Assembly: GCA_020137815.1 (NCBI GenBank)
Contig: CM035354.1
Location: forward strand, 3,782,001-3,846,000
Direction: 5' to 3'
Length of the DNA stretch: 64,000 bases
Source of the DNA: Hormiphora californensis
Taxonomy: Eukaryota; Animalia; Ctenophora
Part shown: piece by piece, positions 1 through 13,942 of the stretch
Position numbering within the stretch: position 1 is the first letter of the stretch
Layout: every line of letters begins with the position of its first letter
The notes under the pieces: generated by a model
The model's database searches: none
Told to the model about the DNA's origin: nothing
What the model saw: only the letters and a program-made list of their open reading frames with translations
Translations under genes and position numbers: made by a program

Positions 1-3000
1 TTTTGCACTGCGTAACATAATCTCCCGGCAAACATCCCACTTTTCTGAAAATGGAATAGGGCTAAAGTCTTAACAATCAAAACTTGCCACTTGAGAACAG
101 TTTCACTTACTGGTTTTTAAAAAAAACTAGTTGTCGGATTTTGGCGTTTATATTGACCGGGGCCCTTTAACAGATAACTCGGCCGAGTAATGATTCCTTG
201 TGGCCTGTATTAAAAATTCCCCCTTTTTGCAAAATTGGGTTATAAATTTTGAAAATAAGTATTAATTCCATTATAATAATTTTTAGGAAATTGTATTTAA
301 AACATTACTTGCTTTATTTAACATTTTTTTTGTCTTGGAAGAGAATTAATTTTAGTTTCTTTTCCCCTTAAGGAATGGGGAAAAATTTGTCCATGGAAAA
401 ATTAGCAATTCTTATAACACTTTCTTTGAGGGGGTTAAAAAATATCCTCCCCCGACCAGCCCTTTATTCCTTTAGAAAAGGGTGGGGTCACCCATTTGTT
501 TTCCCCTTTGGAAAATTATATTTATACATTTGGGATGAACGGGATTTTTTTGACGGGGTTTTACACCCCTAGTTTAATTGTCCAACCGTTTTCATGGCTT
601 GGGGGCCGTTCGGAGGCACCAAGGGGGTTGGAGTAAAAAATTTTAATGAGAAAAAATTTTAAAACGGGTTTTTAAAACCCTTCATGGAAATAGGAGGGGG
701 AAAAATAGTCAAAAAGTACATGGCTAATCTCTTTTTTTGGCGAAAAGGGGATGGGGTTTTTTTATCCTTGATATGAACCCTAAGCGTGAGAAGGGTTTAA
801 AAACCCCGGTGGGGTGTGGGCCTATAACTTGTTAAAATTTTTTTTTGGCACAAAAAGTTGGGGTACCCACTTTCCGTCCACCTCAATTACACCTGTTAAT
901 ATAAATTAGTTAGGTTTATCATAGAAAAAACCATGTCTCTAAACCATAAATTAACATATAATGTCCTTATTCTAGATACGCACCGGTTGCTACGGTCAAG
1001 CAGAGATAATACAGTATTTTGTTGTCCGAGCTTAGCTTCGAAACAACTGCCTCTGGATACTCTCTGGCTATTCCAAATCTGCGGAACTGCAACACAGGTA
1101 AGGTATTTAAATCAAAAGTGCATTTGTATAATATTCTTAGTAAATTTTATGTCTTTGTTATGCATGCATATGTTATAATAGTGGCAATATACATTTTTGG
1201 AGCATTGTCCGCTGCTCATGGTTGTTGATAGATAGAAGGAGTTTCAACAAACAGACGAAACAATATAATTTAGGTCAAAAAAATATAATTGCAATTTTAT
1301 TATTTTACTGCAATTTAACTGCAATTTTATTATATAATTGATTTTATCATTGTTTTGCCCTAAAATATGTTGTTTCGTCTATTTGTTGGCAATACGTTGG
1401 GAAATGTAGTATAAACTAACCTGAACTGGTGGCCTCTCCCACACTTTAGTCTTGAGGCACTCGCCAATAGGACCCTTGAATTCGGTGTTGGAAACTGTCC
1501 CACCGGTGTAATGTAAGGCAGCTGCCCTCAGTCCTAGTTCAAGTCTGTGGAGGCCACAAACTATTAGGTGCAGTCTCCGCTTCAGCAGCTTCTGTAGGTG
1601 GTTCACTATACCTAGGAATGTTTCAGTAGTTTGATATATCATGGTAGTTTGATGTATCATGGTATGATATATCGTTAATACATGTATATTAATTGTGCAG
1701 TTAATCAGTGCATTTTTATAGATCAACACTTTTAGATTGTTGAAAATTTACGCACCTCCAGTCCTCCCAAGATTGCCACTACATCCATCACAACCGACCA
1801 CTCGAACCCGCTCCAAAGGTATTCCCAATTGTTCTAAATGGTTAATGATACCTCTGGCCACAAGTTCCGCAGGTTTCTCGTTACCACCTGCGTGTAAGAT
1901 TCAGAATTAAATACAATTTTGCAATATGAAAAATAGGTGTTACATTCTACAGCAGACTGGAAAATTTAGATGAATTTCAAACTTACGAAATGAATCGGCC
2001 GGCAGACTGTATGCGTAATACTTGTACCCTGGTACAGGGTCGTCGGTACCAGGGTACCCCAGGATGGTGATTTGTTCCTGGGTATTGGAGCCATTTTTTA
2101 GGGCTTTGAGGACCCGCTTGCCATCGAAAAATAAAGCAATCGGGCCCTTCTCCGCCTTGATTGCTGCCAATCCCCGTTCACCAGCCTGGTATCGCTCCTT
2201 TCGCACTTTGGTCTTTGAGCAGGTAGTGGTTTGCCCAGGATGTAGGTCCTAAAGTATTAATATGTATTATAAGTTACGGTCTACGGAATAGAAAAACAAT
2301 CACCATTCTATATACAGTCGGACCCCGATTTAGTGGACCCCGATTTAGTGGCACCCTGATTTAGTAGCAGGAATTTTCCCCCGAGGATGCCACTAAATCG
2401 GGGTCCGACTGTATATATTATATGTGTTAATAAGTATGTGTCTAAATCAGAATTGAATAGATATACTGGTAAAAAACTATCTTACTTAAAGACAAATAAA
2501 TACGAATGTCCTCCGATTATTGAATCTTGATCGTGTATTACCTCGTAAAATTTTATGAGCAACTCTTCAACCTGGCCGGGAGACGCATCCTTCAGGAGAG
2601 ACGCGTCTGCTGTCTTAGGGAGCTTAATGTCCATTTTCAAGGGAGGGGCAATGTAGTCCGGATCCGTATCCGGACTATCTTCCATCTCTATATCTCCATT
2701 ATCTATCTAGAATGAAAGGAATTTTGATTTAAAAAGTCTTTAGCTTTAGTAGCATCATGAATACTGAATAGTCTATCAAACTATTAACATTATTAAGCTA
2801 ACCTGGCGAAGGAGCTCGGTATATTTTTTGCTGTAAGGCCTGCTTCCAGGACGGAGGTTTTCCGCGTCCGTTGTTGTCCGAGCTGGCATTTCTTTCTCCT
2901 GATGCTGCGGCCAGTTGTGCTCACCAGAGTTATACTGTAGAAATGAAAATTATTCAAAAATAAGACATCAAGGAGAATTGGTTTTAGTATTATATTTATA

Positions 3001-3330
3001 ATTATATTATATTATATATACAATTAAAAAAGTTAAAAGTCTATAAGTATATATAGTTAAAAAGTCCACGTTCCGTTCCCTTACCTTCCAGGATCTACTC
3101 ATGAATATCTGGTTCATTTTATCATTAAATCCTCCATTCTTCTTACTAGACGACCCTGATCTTACCAATCTAGCTCTCTCTTCGTTAAATTTCTTAACGT
3201 TCCTGAAAAAGACGACATTTTCAGCCACAATTTAATCAATTCTGCACTATATAGCTTTAACTGCTTCATATCCGCAAGTATAGTACCAATTACTCTCGAG
3301 TAAATTTTTCTGATGCTAGGAGTTTAGTTC
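1..3330 (-). mobile_element. hAT-superfamily (hATm-like) DDE transposase gene, spliced, 3' end runs off the window
   Basis: Phase-consistent GT-AG exons 2706-2542, 2248-1987, 1887-1756, 1611-1421 and 1086-984, then ~892 onward. They encode IALFFDGK, VVGCDGCSGNLGRTGG, LIVCGLHRLELGLR (CxxH), FKGPIGECL and LSSDNKILYYLC, matching hATm motifs (FDG, GCDGTxxNTG, CxLHxxEL, GPIG, LSxDQxYL). The 5' exons (~3330-2803) are less clean and 1-900 is error-rich. Confidence 0.8.
2315..2411. mobile_element. Tc1/mariner-type MITE (CAGTCGGACCCCGATTTAG family) in a transposase intron
   Basis: TIR CAGTCGGACCCCGATTTAG...CTAAATCGGGGTCCGACTG, TA on both flanks, internal CCCCGATTTAG subrepeats. Confidence 0.85.
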
Positions 3331-3364
3331 ATTTTAAGATACTATACAAGGTGTCATATATATT

Positions 3365-6140
3365 CTAAGTGACGGCGAGCTAGTTATGTGAAAAATACGG
3401 GAGTGTGCTGGAATCCTCGACAACGATTTGCCTTCTAAAATTAAAATTAAATTGCCGTTTAAAATTAAATTTCAAACGGTCAATTAAATTTAAATCGGTC
3501 ATTCCTTCCATCCATTTATCAATCCTAAAACATTTTTACCTTGTATTGTGTAAGTAACTTATTATGTGGCTCGAAATTATCTTTCTAATGAACACCATAT
3601 ATAAATTAAGTTGATGTACCAGTTCACACGACAGTTGATTAAATGTGGGTAAATTAGCCGTATTAGATAACGGCTAAATTTTTAGTTTAGTGAACATTGG
3701 ATGAGTAACGCTCATTACAAGAAAAATCAAGGTCAAAACTAAAAGTTCATTTATTCTCCCACTCATTTGGAAACCAACATCCCTAATATAATATAAAATG
3801 ATTAAAAGGTTTTGGCTTTTGTTTTGGCTTGTTTATTTTGCCCTTTCCCTGAATTGACAAAGATCAGGTGTATACTACTGCAGGCTGCAGCTATACTATT
3901 AGCGTGTTTCCAGGATATCCATGTGATCATGATTATACCTGAAACCTTTTCTGAGCCATTTTATCATTCAAATTCAAGCATGCGACTTGAATTGTATTTT
4001 CTGTAATTAGGCCTGTCAAAACGTGTCGATATTTGGCAAACCTAGAACTCACTAGAGGCAAGCCAATTCCGGTTGTACATCCTAGGTATAGGCCTCCTGA
4101 ACATAAAAAACTAAAATGTCAGTCTCAATTATTTGGGGGAAGGTGTGTAATTAGCCCCTAATTGATTGGTAATTGAGCACAAGGAGAAAATGCTATATCT
4201 ACCCTTAGGAAAGGAGTAGAGACAAAATAAAGGGCACCAAAGTGTTCAGCGTCCTCGCATTAGTGGGGGTAGGTGCCGGAATTAAGTCTCTATCTCATCT
4301 GGTTAATTAAATAATTGGATAATTAGGTTTGCGCATAACCGTTTTTAGGCTATATGGCTATATCCATGTTAGGAAAGGAGTAGAGAAATAACCGAGGGCA
4401 CTAAAATGATCAGCGTCCTCGCATTAGTGGGGGTAGGTGCCGGAATTAAGTCTCTATCTCATCCAGTTAATTGGATAATTGGATAATTAGGTTTGCACAT
4501 AACCGTTTTTAGGCTATATGGCTATAGCCACTTAGGAACGGTTTAGAGACTTTTCATTGGTGCCATTTTGTAGGCAATAGCCAAGTTATGGGGGGTCGAC
4601 GTCGGACTTTTATGCTCTATCTTCAACCGTTTAGCCGTTACTTGGCTTTAAAGGTGCTCAAAATCGGGCTAATTACCGTTTTTTGCTCATTTTGAGCACC
4701 TTTAAAGTGAGAGAACAGCAGGGATCTGGATACTCCTTGATGGCTAACTAAAACTTTAGTGAAAACCGCATGTCTCTAGCATGTTTTTGAAAATTGAGCT
4801 AACACATGCGAGACGCACCATAATGGGCCCATAATGGGCGTAACTGCATGTACAATATGAATTTACGCCCATTATAGGCCCATAATGGTGCGTCTCGCAT
4901 GTGTGATTTTCAAAAACATGCTAGAGACATGCGGTTTTCACTAAAGTTTTAGTTAGCCATCAAGGAGTATCCAAATAACTTTTTGTGAAAATCCCTGCTG
5001 TTCTCTCTCACTTTAAAGCCAAATAACGGCTAAACGGTTGAAGATAGAGCTTAAAAGTCCGACGTCGACCTCCATAACTTGGCTATTGCCTACAAAATGG
5101 CACCAATGAAAAGTCCCTAAACCGTTCCTAAGTGGCTATAGCCAATATAGCCTAAAAACGGTTATGCACAAACCTAATTATCCAATTATCCAATTAACCG
5201 GATGAGATAGAGACTTAATTCCGGCACCTACCCCCACTAATGCGAGGACGTTGATCATTTTAGTGCCCTCGGTTTTTTTCTACTCCTTTCCTAACATGGC
5301 TATAGCCATATAGCCTAAAAACGGTTATGCACAAACCTAATTATCCAATTATCTAATTAACCAGGTGAGATAGAGACTCCGGTACCTACACCCACTAATG
5401 CGAGGACGCTGAACACTTTGGTGCCCTTTATTTTGACTCTACTCCTTTCCTAAGGGTAGATACAGCGTTTTTCTCCTTGTGCTCAATTACCAATCAATTA
5501 GGGGCTAATTACACACCTTTCCCCAAATAATTGAGACTGACATTTTGTTTTTTTATGTTCAGGAGGCCTATACCTAGGATGTACAACCGGAATTGGCTTG
5601 CCTCTAGTGAGTTCTAGGTCGAAACACGTTTTGACAGGCTTAAATTGGTATGGTGCAATTTCAAGGATGTTGGTTTCTAAATGAGTGGAATGAACTTTCG
5701 AATATTAAAAATGAACCGGTCTCGGTTCTTCATTGTTGTAATTTAGAGCACTCGACCTCGTGTTCTAAATTGTGTTATAGCCGTCATCTAATCATATACT
5801 AAATTCTTAGAGATTAAAGTTTAAACAACAATCACCTTATATGTAGACATTATACATATAACAGCTGATTGAAACAGCCAAAATCATGAATAGATCATTT
5901 TCTCAACTTTTTTATGACCCGGTGCTTCAATTTAAATTTTTATGGTGTTCATTACATTGGAAAAATAATCAAACCAAATAAAAGCGACTTTAACTCAATA
6001 CAAAGTAAACAATGATTCAGGATTCATGAATGAATAGTTGGAATGATTAAGAAAGAATAATGTACCTAAATTTAAAACAGAAGACAAATCCAGCACACTC
6101 ACTTAGTTTGTTATCCCACAACTATCAACCGTCGCTTATA
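3365..6140. repeat. Old, diverged palindromic element; outer arms ~3365-3785 and ~5665-6140
   Basis: Collinear inverted matches, e.g. gagtgtgctgga/tccagcacactc, aatgaacaccata/tatggtgttcatt, ccactcatttggaaaccaacatcc/ggatgttggtttctaaatgagtgg. Confidence 0.65.
4008..5642. mobile_element. Foldback-type non-autonomous element, ~800-bp inverted arms
   Basis: Arms 4008-4843 and 4863-5642 are near-identical reverse complements around a ~19-bp spacer. Each arm contains two ~165-bp direct subrepeats (taggaaaggagtagag...cgtcctcgcattagtgggggtaggtgccgg). Confidence 0.85.
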
Positions 6141-6184
6141 ATTATTTTAGTACAATCATCTCTCTACGTCGTGAGTGTGATGAA

Positions 6185-6585
6185 CTATCCCACGTGCAAA
6201 TAGAGGGGGGTTGCCAAGGAGGTGCTATAGCATGCTATAGCCCCTACGCAGCGGGTGATTGAACGCTGCACGTGCGGGTTGGTGCAGCAGGTGGAAGGGG
6301 TGCTCCTGGGTGAGGGAGGGTGTGGGGATTCGGGTCAACGGGCGCTCTACTCCAACGGGCTTTCTAGTCTTAATTTAAAGTTGTAAATGAACGTTGTGAG
6401 GATGGGTATGTCCTATCCACACGTGCAAATAGAGGGGGTTGCCAAGAAGGTGCCACAGCCCTTACGCAGCGGGTGATTGAAGGCTGCACGTGCGGGTTGG
6501 TGCAGCAGGTGAGATGGGTGCTCCTGGGTGAGGGAGAATGTGGGGATACGGGTCAACAGATACTCTACTTCAACGGGCTTTCTAG
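6185..6585 (+). repeat. Two tandem ~175-185-bp units with Helitron-like 3' ends
   Basis: 6185-6367 and 6413-6585 are similar direct copies, both ending caacgggctttCTAG|t. Confidence 0.5.
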
Positions 6586-7088
6586 TTATTAAAAAAGGCA
6601 GATGCTTGGTGAACTAATTTAAATTAGCTTTTGCTCGAAATGTATATAATTTGTACTAAATAATGCTTGATTTATATGAAATAATAATGCTTATTTTTTC
6701 AGACGAAGATAAAACTATCAAAAAGATGAGGTGTCCTAAAAATATCCAGATCATCAACTACGAAACAGATATAGAAATGGTACGTACTTCAAAACATTTT
6801 GCTCGAGCAATCGGGAGTTTCCAAGGGCTAACATTCGTGAATGAACTGTTTTCGTTGCTTCACTGATAATTTTATCGGTGGCAACATTTTGACAATACTG
6901 GTCTTTAAGGGCCTCTAACAACCCAAGCACTTGCCCAACTGTAGGACGGTCTGATGAGCTAGTATCCCACCGAGGTGGTGGTTCAAGTAAAATAGACGGC
7001 ACGGGCATGTAGAATGTGGAAATGAATTTAGTGGGGTTCTTAAACTCTTATATAGGAGCGACGTATATGGCGAGAGTGTCGCGTAACA

Positions 7089-7159
7089 GGCGGGAAGAAA
7101 CGCGACTCGCGTTTCTTCCCGCCACTCGGTTTACGAGAATGTTTTTTGAACTGCCCTAG
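7089..7159 (+). repeat. Perfect 17-bp-arm palindrome followed by CTAG|T (Helitron-like terminus)
   Basis: ggcgggaagaaacgcga-c-tcgcgtttcttcccgcc at 7089-7123; ctag at 7156-7159. Confidence 0.45.
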
Positions 7160-7449
7160 TAGCGTGATTAAAAAAAACATAATACTTTATATATGTAGTT
7201 ACCAGCGGTCCTTTTATGTACAACTGATAATCTTTATTTTCAGGATAAACGGGCACAACGGCCATTCTTCAACTCACCAACGTCCTCAACGACCGTCGAC
7301 CTTGTAGTTATGGACCTTATAGTTATGGACAACATTATCCTGGGAACTAGAAACTCAAGAATGGTAGTTTAAACCATGTGTACTATGAACTATCAGGACT
7401 ATGTACATCAGAGACTGGAAACAATATATTTCATGCTGTGTGTTTTATG

Positions 7450-8220
7450 ATCTAGACTCCTCAAAACCTGTTGATATTTTGTCCTCAATTTTTAGGACAA
7501 GGTTTTTGGCTACCCACTCCATTTGGTGTCCTAGAATTTTAACAAAATTGGACGTCCCTGAATCAACGAAAAATTCGAAAAACGTCCAGATCTCAGTAAC
7601 CTGAGGAGATGGAGAGCCCTAACTTATACAAATGTGTATGAGACTTTTAGTAGCTTGTTTGGGTGCAGGAACATGCCAAAGTTGTGAAATTCAGCATAAA
7701 TGGGATGAAATTATCCGTTTCTACTTTTTAAGATCACGATTTAGGGACACCCTCGGGGGAAAGGCTCTTGTCCACTAAATCGGGGTGTCCACTAAATCGG
7801 GGTCAAATAAGGTTAACTTCCTATATCGGGGGAAAAAATCCTGTCCCTAAATCGGGGTGCCACTAAATCGGAGGCCCCTAAATCGGGGTCCGACTGTACC
7901 TCAGTCGGATTCTAAGTAACCCTTCTGGTCCCCTCCTACTTACAAATTTGTGATCTGTAAATGGCTGAATTACATAACTTTAGCTTTGGTGTGTTCCTGC
8001 ATAAAGAACCGAAAAAGCTTTCCAATTGTCTCATAGACATCTTTTGGAAGTTAGGGCTCTCTACCGCATCAGGTTACTGGAATCTGGGCGCTCAGAGTTG
8101 AAGAGTTTTTTCGCCTTTTTCGTTCGTTCAGGGATGTCTAATTCTAACAAAAATTGGCAACTACCTTGTATCCTAAATTTACATGGCAAAATATCCACAA
8201 CTTTTGACGGCATGTTAATT
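7450..8220. repeat. Diverged palindromic element with a mariner-type MITE remnant (7735-7897) at its centre
   Basis: Inverted matches such as cagtaacctgaggagatggagagccctaactt / aagttagggctctctaccgcatcaggttactg and tgcaggaacatgccaaag / ctttggtgtgttcctgca; central CTAAATCGGGG repeats ending GGGTCCGACTG-TA. Confidence 0.65.
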
Positions 8221-9271
8221 TGAGTATTTTCAGTATTTATCCCGGTTATTGTTGAGAATGAGACAGTTAAGAGCTTAGTTATTTAAGATTATTATTATAT
8301 AATATTTATCTAGTAGATCAAGAGTCAAAATCTGATTAACAAGCCGAATATATAATGTATACATACTTACACCTTAGCTGTTGATAACATATAAAATTGT
8401 TGCTAAAGACGACTAATTTAGCGTGAACCACGATATTCCATACTTCACCGTAGTGCTGATCTTCTGAGACGTGTTGTAATTCAGGTTTATCCGTGAGAGT
8501 AACTGTTTTTACATTTGGAGGGAGAATGTAACAGTGGAACTCCGGGTCGATCTTCGCGTCTTTGGAATATAAGTGGAAAAATGATTTTGTTTTTATTGGG
8601 TGGAATCAAGTTTGTAAAAAATATACTGGTTTTTATTTTTTAGGACTTTTGTCCTTCGCATTTCGCAACCTGAAACTCGTTTATTCCTTTTATTCCCTAA
8701 TAATATTACATTATGAGCATGCTCAGTCTCACTAAAAGGTATCAGACCCAATAGGTGTACGTTCAGACGTCATCCGAGCATCCCGTCGCTCGTTATCTCA
8801 TACCTTTACTGTAAATTTTCTCACTTTCAACACCTCCATAAATTGGGAAGGGAATGGGAATTCTTCGAGCGCAAGAGCCATGTAAGTGTGTGACTGACGA
8901 CTGTCTCACCTTTCCCGCCTTATCCATCTCCCACTACATACCAATGTTCCCAACCCCCTTCATTGCGTCATGATCATCTCAGACATGATTCATCTGAACC
9001 ATGGCTTATCTCTCTAAGTGGGTCGACAGGCTGGAAATATCAGTCACCGCATACAGCTGATAGGGGATGGACCTTACTCAACAAGCTGATATGATAGCAG
9101 CTTTATAATTTTAATCGTTGAAAAATAGAATGTATTTGATTGACAAGAACAATAACACAAAAAGGAGCCTGAAGCGGTCCGCAAGCACTTCAATTGTTAG
9201 CCCAGTTGCCTATCAAGTATCAGGACTGATGCTGGATTGCTGGAAAGAAACCCAGCATGTGCAACTTCATT

Positions 9272-9281
9272 TCTCTCTCTC

Positions 9282-9368
<87 letters not shown>
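9272..9368. repeat. (CT)n microsatellite, representative of many (also ~11003-11123, 14467-14610, 14902-14947, 21404-21575, 22452-22573, 28354-28475, 40351-40620, 42164-42250, 44775-44862, 47434-47630, 50415-50564, 56432-56550, 56719-56828)
   Basis: Directly visible dinucleotide tracts; source of the SLSL/ERER spurious ORFs. Confidence 0.95.
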
Positions 9369-9371
<3 letters not shown>

Positions 9372-9816
9372 GCTCTAGAGCAAACTAAGGATACCCAGAT
9401 ATCTGAAATTGTACTAGAAATGAATGAAAGTGAATCGTGGTTAAAAAAGGCCCAAAATTATACCGAACAATTTGTCAGAACACTGGCCTGACTTGTTGAG
9501 TAACAAGGGCTGACCCTATATTTCAATTCGCGAGATTAGTAGTCAAACCTTATTAGTAGTCAACCTCATTAATTGGCTACAAGTGCAAAAGGTTTGTTTT
9601 GTTAAAAGAGAGGGTCGAGCTAGGCAACAAAATGTTACGTGTGGACTGTGGGTATATTTGGTATAGAAGTAGTAATTAAAATTGTGATGGCTTGGTATCA
9701 ATATTTCAATAAGAAGGGGTAATAATTACGAAATATTTGCCAGATCATTAAAAGTTTAGATATTGTAGGAATGTATACTTGTTTGACTTGAGGACATTCT
9801 TTAATCTTTATCAAAT

Positions 9817-9905
9817 GCCTGACATGTCCTGTCTGGCGCCGCGACCCATCTGAGCGCACTGAGAATCAAATGGGGTATGGCGCCGCCATACAGGACATGT
9901 CAGGC
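9817..9905. repeat. Short hairpin repeat; related hairpin at ~15205-15250
   Basis: gcctgacatgtcctgtctggcg...cgccatacaggacatgtcaggc; the 15205 copy reads cctgtctggcg...cgccagacagg. Confidence 0.55.
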
Positions 9906-11006
9906 GATTGGGCACGTCGCACAATCCCCTGTACGTAGCGGGCAAGCGACACAGTCGCTCCGATGTCGTTGGCAGCTTTGCTGCCAAGTCTGGCGAGAGA
10001 AAGCAGTGCCTAAAAGGCTGACACACCCTGTACACACCAGTACTCAGAATTTCATCTGTGATTTTTATTCTTGCAAAATGCAAAGCTAATTCTCATTATC
10101 TCTCATAACCTCCATTAGTCCATTATGTGTTATTGAGTAACTGAGTTTAAGTTACTGAGCAATCTTGTTGAGTATTGTTGAGTATTATTAGGGGTGGGAG
10201 AGGCTCTCCCACCCCTTGTCCCCTTACTTAACAAGAGCAATCCATATGACCATGGTGATGGAATTTGTTGAGATTGTACTCAACAAATCATGATGACATG
10301 ATCAAATATGTATGATGGAGCCAGGTGCTGTGCTGGTGATTGGCTGACTGATATAATAATTGTGATAGTGGATCTTGAATAAGGAAAATAATTACTGCAG
10401 TTTATGACACGCTCTCCGCTTTAAAACTAACTGCTGTAATCTCGAGAATGCAGTTATTGGGTCGACACCAGACGCCCAGATAGGTTATTGGTAAGTTCGA
10501 TTCTCTGACAAGCTAACATGGAAATAAGCAATGGCTGAGTGTTGCTCTGACCAGTGGCCACATGTTAGTTTATCAAACACCGAGTTCACCAGAGTAATTA
10601 CCTGAATACCTGATACAGCGATCACTGATCAGAGACCAACATTTTCACTTCTGGTCGTGGCTTTGTGCAAGAAATAGGGATCAGATCGATGGCAACTGGT
10701 AGTGATTGATCGATTGGAGCTCAGGTGCTATTGTTTGAATTAATCAACAAGTTTGAATAACCACTTCTGTCTTACACTTCAACAGAGAGGTTGCAAGTAA
10801 CCAACATAGAAACAATGAACATTATAGTGGCATACTGAACCAGAAATATTCATTATTCAGTGTTTAGGTAAGCTGAAATGGTAGTGGGCTAAGATTTCTT
10901 GCTAAATGAAAACCGCCAGGTCTCTAGTCACTATATTAGTGCTCGATATCAGGCCGTTTTGTTGAGAAGTACTCAAAAATAACGGTTGGCGAATGTTCTG
11001 AGCGAG

Positions 11007-11057
<51 letters not shown>

Positions 11058-11062
11058 AGAGA

Positions 11063-11127
<65 letters not shown>

Positions 11128-12582
11128 ATTAACCTCAATTAGAAATGAGTCATATACCAGCGCTATGACTATTTCATCGTCCGTATTACGTAACATTAAT
11201 TTAGTGCATAATAATTATCATATTATCATTATCATGATTATCGAAATACTAAGTAGTAAGTGTTACTAAAAAAGGTCCCAGCCCTTCCTGATGAAGATAC
11301 AGTCATGTATCGTTTTTTCTTGATTTTCCTTCAATTACAGCTTGTAGATGTGCTATGTGGATACTTTATAGTAAATGCTATATATGCTAACAATTATTAT
11401 GTTAACATTGATGAAGCTACAAATAGTAATTTTTGACCCCTCTCATTTTATTTTATTGATCGTGAGCGGGAACATTATATTGTATGTGTGCAGTAGTGGG
11501 GGCAACACAATTGATTCTGCTGCAGAATCTGCACATTAATTCAATTTCTCATCACCCCACTATAAGTCCACTACCGAAATACCCAATCCTTTGGAGTGCC
11601 AGTCGGACTAGTCTACCCTATAATGGCTTCTGTGAAAACAATAAAATATATATGATGCCGTGCGACCCGCGACATGCCGCGTCTGGTTATCAGTTAGACT
11701 GGGCGGGTAGGGTAAACGAGGTGACAACTAGCGCACATTTGAGTAATCTGGTAATGTTAGCATTTGCTCCTCGCGCCACAAACAGCAGTAACATGACTCC
11801 ATGGAGAGCAGTTGTCCAATACCCCCTGGGAGTTGAAGTAATCACGTGACTAGAAACAGCCCAAACAAACAATCGTCAAAATGGGGCTTATCTTTTGAGA
11901 TAGAGAGTTTTCCTTTTGCACAGTGGTAGATGAGATATAGATCTCACCCCAAAAAAGAGATGGCGTTAATCCGTGACATGCGAGTCACGCCTACTAGTTA
12001 GGGGCGGGGAACAAAGGCTGATCGTACTTGCTCTGAGGGAGAGGGGGGTTGATCTACCGAACAATCACAGAGTTTGGTCGATTTACGAAATAATATACGT
12101 TGCGAGCGCGAGGGGGGGGGGGGAGGGTTCGTTCCCGTTTAAGCGCAGGGACTACATTAAGTATCTGGGAGTGTATTATACACACATCATGGGTAGCTGG
12201 ATATAATGATCATGTATAGGGTCATTAGGAGCGTTTAGCATTATATCTTACACGGCACCTTTCTTCTGCAGCCTTGCGTATAATGGGTACAGGGAAAGAA
12301 GTGACAACTCGTAACCCCTCCCTCGTGCTTCCCCAGGAGAAACTTCTCCCGGCTCCCCATTATGTTTCTAAATCTAACCCTTTCCTGTTCCCTCTCATTA
12401 ACTCCCAACCTCGGCCCCACTACTCACTCTCTTAGCCCCCAACAGCCGACCTCCCTCTATTCCAACATCCCCACCCTCCCCACCATCCCCACCACCCTAT
12501 CCCCTAACCTCCCACCCTTCCCCTATTCCTTCATCCCCGCCCTCCCCACTATCCTATCCCCTAACCACCCCACCCTTCCCAG

Positions 12583-13942
12583 GAAACCCTCGCCTGCTGT
12601 GGAGTACATGGAATTGAAACATACACGGATAACGCCCAATGGAACAAGACCCATGGCGGAACTACTGTTCCCGCCTCCTGCTGTGACGATGTTACCTCTG
12701 GTTACTGCAACACCAAGAACAACACTGTTAACGGCGAGGTAACTAATTACACGGCTCTGTGGGTTTTACCAGCTTGTAGGTACATTAAAATTCGAGGTCC
12801 GAGAAGTCTTTGAGGCGTAGTCCCTATACTCAGTAGGGGTCGTTATTATAGCAAAGGGGCAACTATACTCCAAACAGATGTACCAAAAACTGGAACAATT
12901 GGGAGGGGTCGATGTAGTTATCGACTCTACTACTGGGGGTTTCTTTTTTGCTCTTCTTTAGTACTTAGTATTTTACTTATTTCTCACTTTCCTGGTACTT
13001 AGCAACTACAACATATTATACATTGAGCGTATTCTTATTAGTGAGTACTTACGAGCGGCGGAGCGGAAGAGAGGGATTGTCATTGAGATAGAAAGAGATA
13101 GATAAAAGATAATGGGATGGATTGAGAGAGAGAGAAAGATAATGTGTTACTTTTATGAGAAACATGTTTGCTGAATGTAAAAAGTGAGTAGCTAGTGTGA
13201 GTGCGAGATAGGGAAGTGGAGTACTTTATGAATATGGGTACGGCGAATGAAGCGAGAAATTGAAAGAGTAGTCACTAGTCAGTACGGATGCGAGAACTGA
13301 GCGAATGTAAGAAAAAAGAAGGAGTATGGTAGCAATAACATGATCCACAAAGAAATTAAATATTGATGGTGGCATATTTTGCAAAACAGTACTCCGCTTA
13401 AACACAAAATATACCAAAGAAATTTTGAGACATTTGACCTAGTCAGCTACTTTGTCACATGTCATCTGTACATTTACCTTATAGATTATTATCATGATAG
13501 AGAGAGAGATAGAGGGAGAAAGAAAGAGATAAAGTCTGCAGAGATAGAGTAATAGGGAGAGATAAAAAGAAAGATTTCGTGTGTTGCTAGTAATTTTACC
13601 ATTTACAGAATATATGTACCACCTTACAGGTTATGAAACACTCTCAATCTGTGCCCCTTTCCTTTTTCTCTCTGTCGCTTAGTCTGGTCCTCTCTATGTC
13701 TCGAAATATTCCCGCAATCACAAAAGAATGAAATTGGGCCAGATTTTGAGTTTTAGAGGGTATTATATAATTTCGATTATCTCTTACAGGGCTGCAACGA
13801 GAAGGTTGCCAACACTCTTTCCGACAACGCTGGCCTTGTTATTGGAATCAGTTTCGGTTTCATCCTCATCCAGATCATTGGAGTGTGTCTGGGATGTGTT
13901 CTCTGTCAGCGGATTGCCAGGGACGGCTACAAGGAAGTCTAA
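12583..13942 (+). CDS. Tetraspanin, CD63-like; last two coding exons (12583-12738, 13790-13942)
   Basis: ETLACCGVHG...VPASCCDD...YC...|GCNEKV...LVIGISFGFILIQIIGVCLGCVLC-QRIARDGYKEV*. Shows the CCG, PxSCC and GC motifs, TM4 with its polar Q, and a C-terminal GYxxV sorting signal. Upstream exons were not found in the window. Confidence 0.9.

Noticed and set aside
974-1097. Plus-strand exon (ag...cag|gtaagg) as an upstream tetraspanin exon
   Set aside because: It has no tetraspanin similarity, and the minus strand here encodes a conserved transposase exon.
7611-8062. TAGGGCTCTC motifs as hATm transposon termini
   Set aside because: Inverted similarity continues on both sides of the motifs, so they are internal to a palindromic element; no TSD was seen.
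8372-8670. Minus-strand exon-like open segment with splice signals
   Set aside because: It needs a frameshift, shows no recognisable homology and has no partner exons that I could identify.
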